A stretch of 64,000 nucleotides of DNA from Nemertoderma westbladi (Eukaryota; Animalia; Xenacoelomorpha), in the NCBI GenBank assembly GCA_032718475.1, contig JAUCBJ010006272.1, positions 46,711 through 110,710 of the forward strand, written 5' to 3'. This document shows positions 63,389-64,000 of this stretch, piece by piece. A program made the position numbers and the translations under genes. Under the pieces are notes generated by a model. It was not told the DNA's origin and ran no database searches. It worked only from the letters and a program-made list of their open reading frames with translations. Numbering within the stretch: position 1 is the first letter of the stretch; each line of letters begins with the position of its first letter.

Positions 63389-64000
63389 TGATGACTTAAT
63401 GGCCATGGCCACTGACTCCATGGAAATGGTTTCTGGTTTGGGAACAGGGCCGATTGGCATGGATGGGAGGGGGGGGGGGGGGGGGGGCTTTTGGGTGTTT
63501 GGCCAACATTGACTGAAATGTTTCGGATGATGATGAGTCCGCTAGTCTCTCTGACTACAAAGCCATCACGGCTTTACGGTACTGACCGTCGCCCATAACC
63601 TGGCGAGCACGCCTGGCATTGGCCTCCCAAGTGGATTCGGGGGGAGACTTGGTAACCCTGCGCTTACCCCGAAAATGGCAGGAGGCAGTAGCTTACTGAT
63701 ATTTCGCCTGTTAGCCACTTTGGGAGACGGGATTTAGTGAGCTTCTCTGTATCCTTCCAGAGGCTATGACTTGGGGTTGGCTAGAATGAATGGTGTGCGA
63801 TTTTATTAAACATTTACAATGATATGCCGAGCGAATAAAAGTTATAAAAATAAAAAAAAATAAAAAATAAAAGTTATTTTTTTCTGTATTCAGTAAATTT
63901 AGAGGTCAGTTATTGAATAAAACATCCGAGATTGTCAGTGTGGGATAATAATACACTTCTGTTAAACACCTTCCAATTAAGAATTCGATGTTTAATACTA

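Noticed and set aside
63389-63420. CTGATGA motif at the RTE truncation point
   Set aside because: No correctly placed GAAA or pairing stems, so it is not a hammerhead.

Overview
AT-rich eukaryotic (invertebrate animal) genomic DNA, not prokaryotic. Host genes: (1) the first three coding exons of an ERG-type (KCNH2/6/7-like) voltage-gated K+ channel on + (2688-2898, 21061-21251, 28368-29317), with the rest not seen in the window; (2) an intronless B-box/coiled-coil/beta-propeller TRIM-like gene on + (36075-37874); (3) five exons of a RERG/RASL-like small GTPase on - (52765 down to 45891). Most of the remainder is transposon-derived. It includes a 16.2-kb BEL/Pao LTR retrotransposon (4292-20483, CAGCA TSD) with a decayed gag-pol but an open 601-aa extra ORF, and a related solo LTR. 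It also includes a TSD-bounded CRE-clade non-LTR element carrying a Ulp1/SENP-like protease domain, a second CRE relic, several RTE-like LINE copies, TIR-bounded non-autonomous DNA elements with minisatellites, and tRNA-derived SINE-like pieces. The most unusual items are a small TSD-bounded fold-back insertion in which a type-I hammerhead ribozyme sits between tRNA-like A and B boxes (37946-38225), the non-env-like accessory cassette of the BEL/Pao element, and the Ulp1-CRE fusion. All calls come from reading the sequence by eye; no database searches were run.
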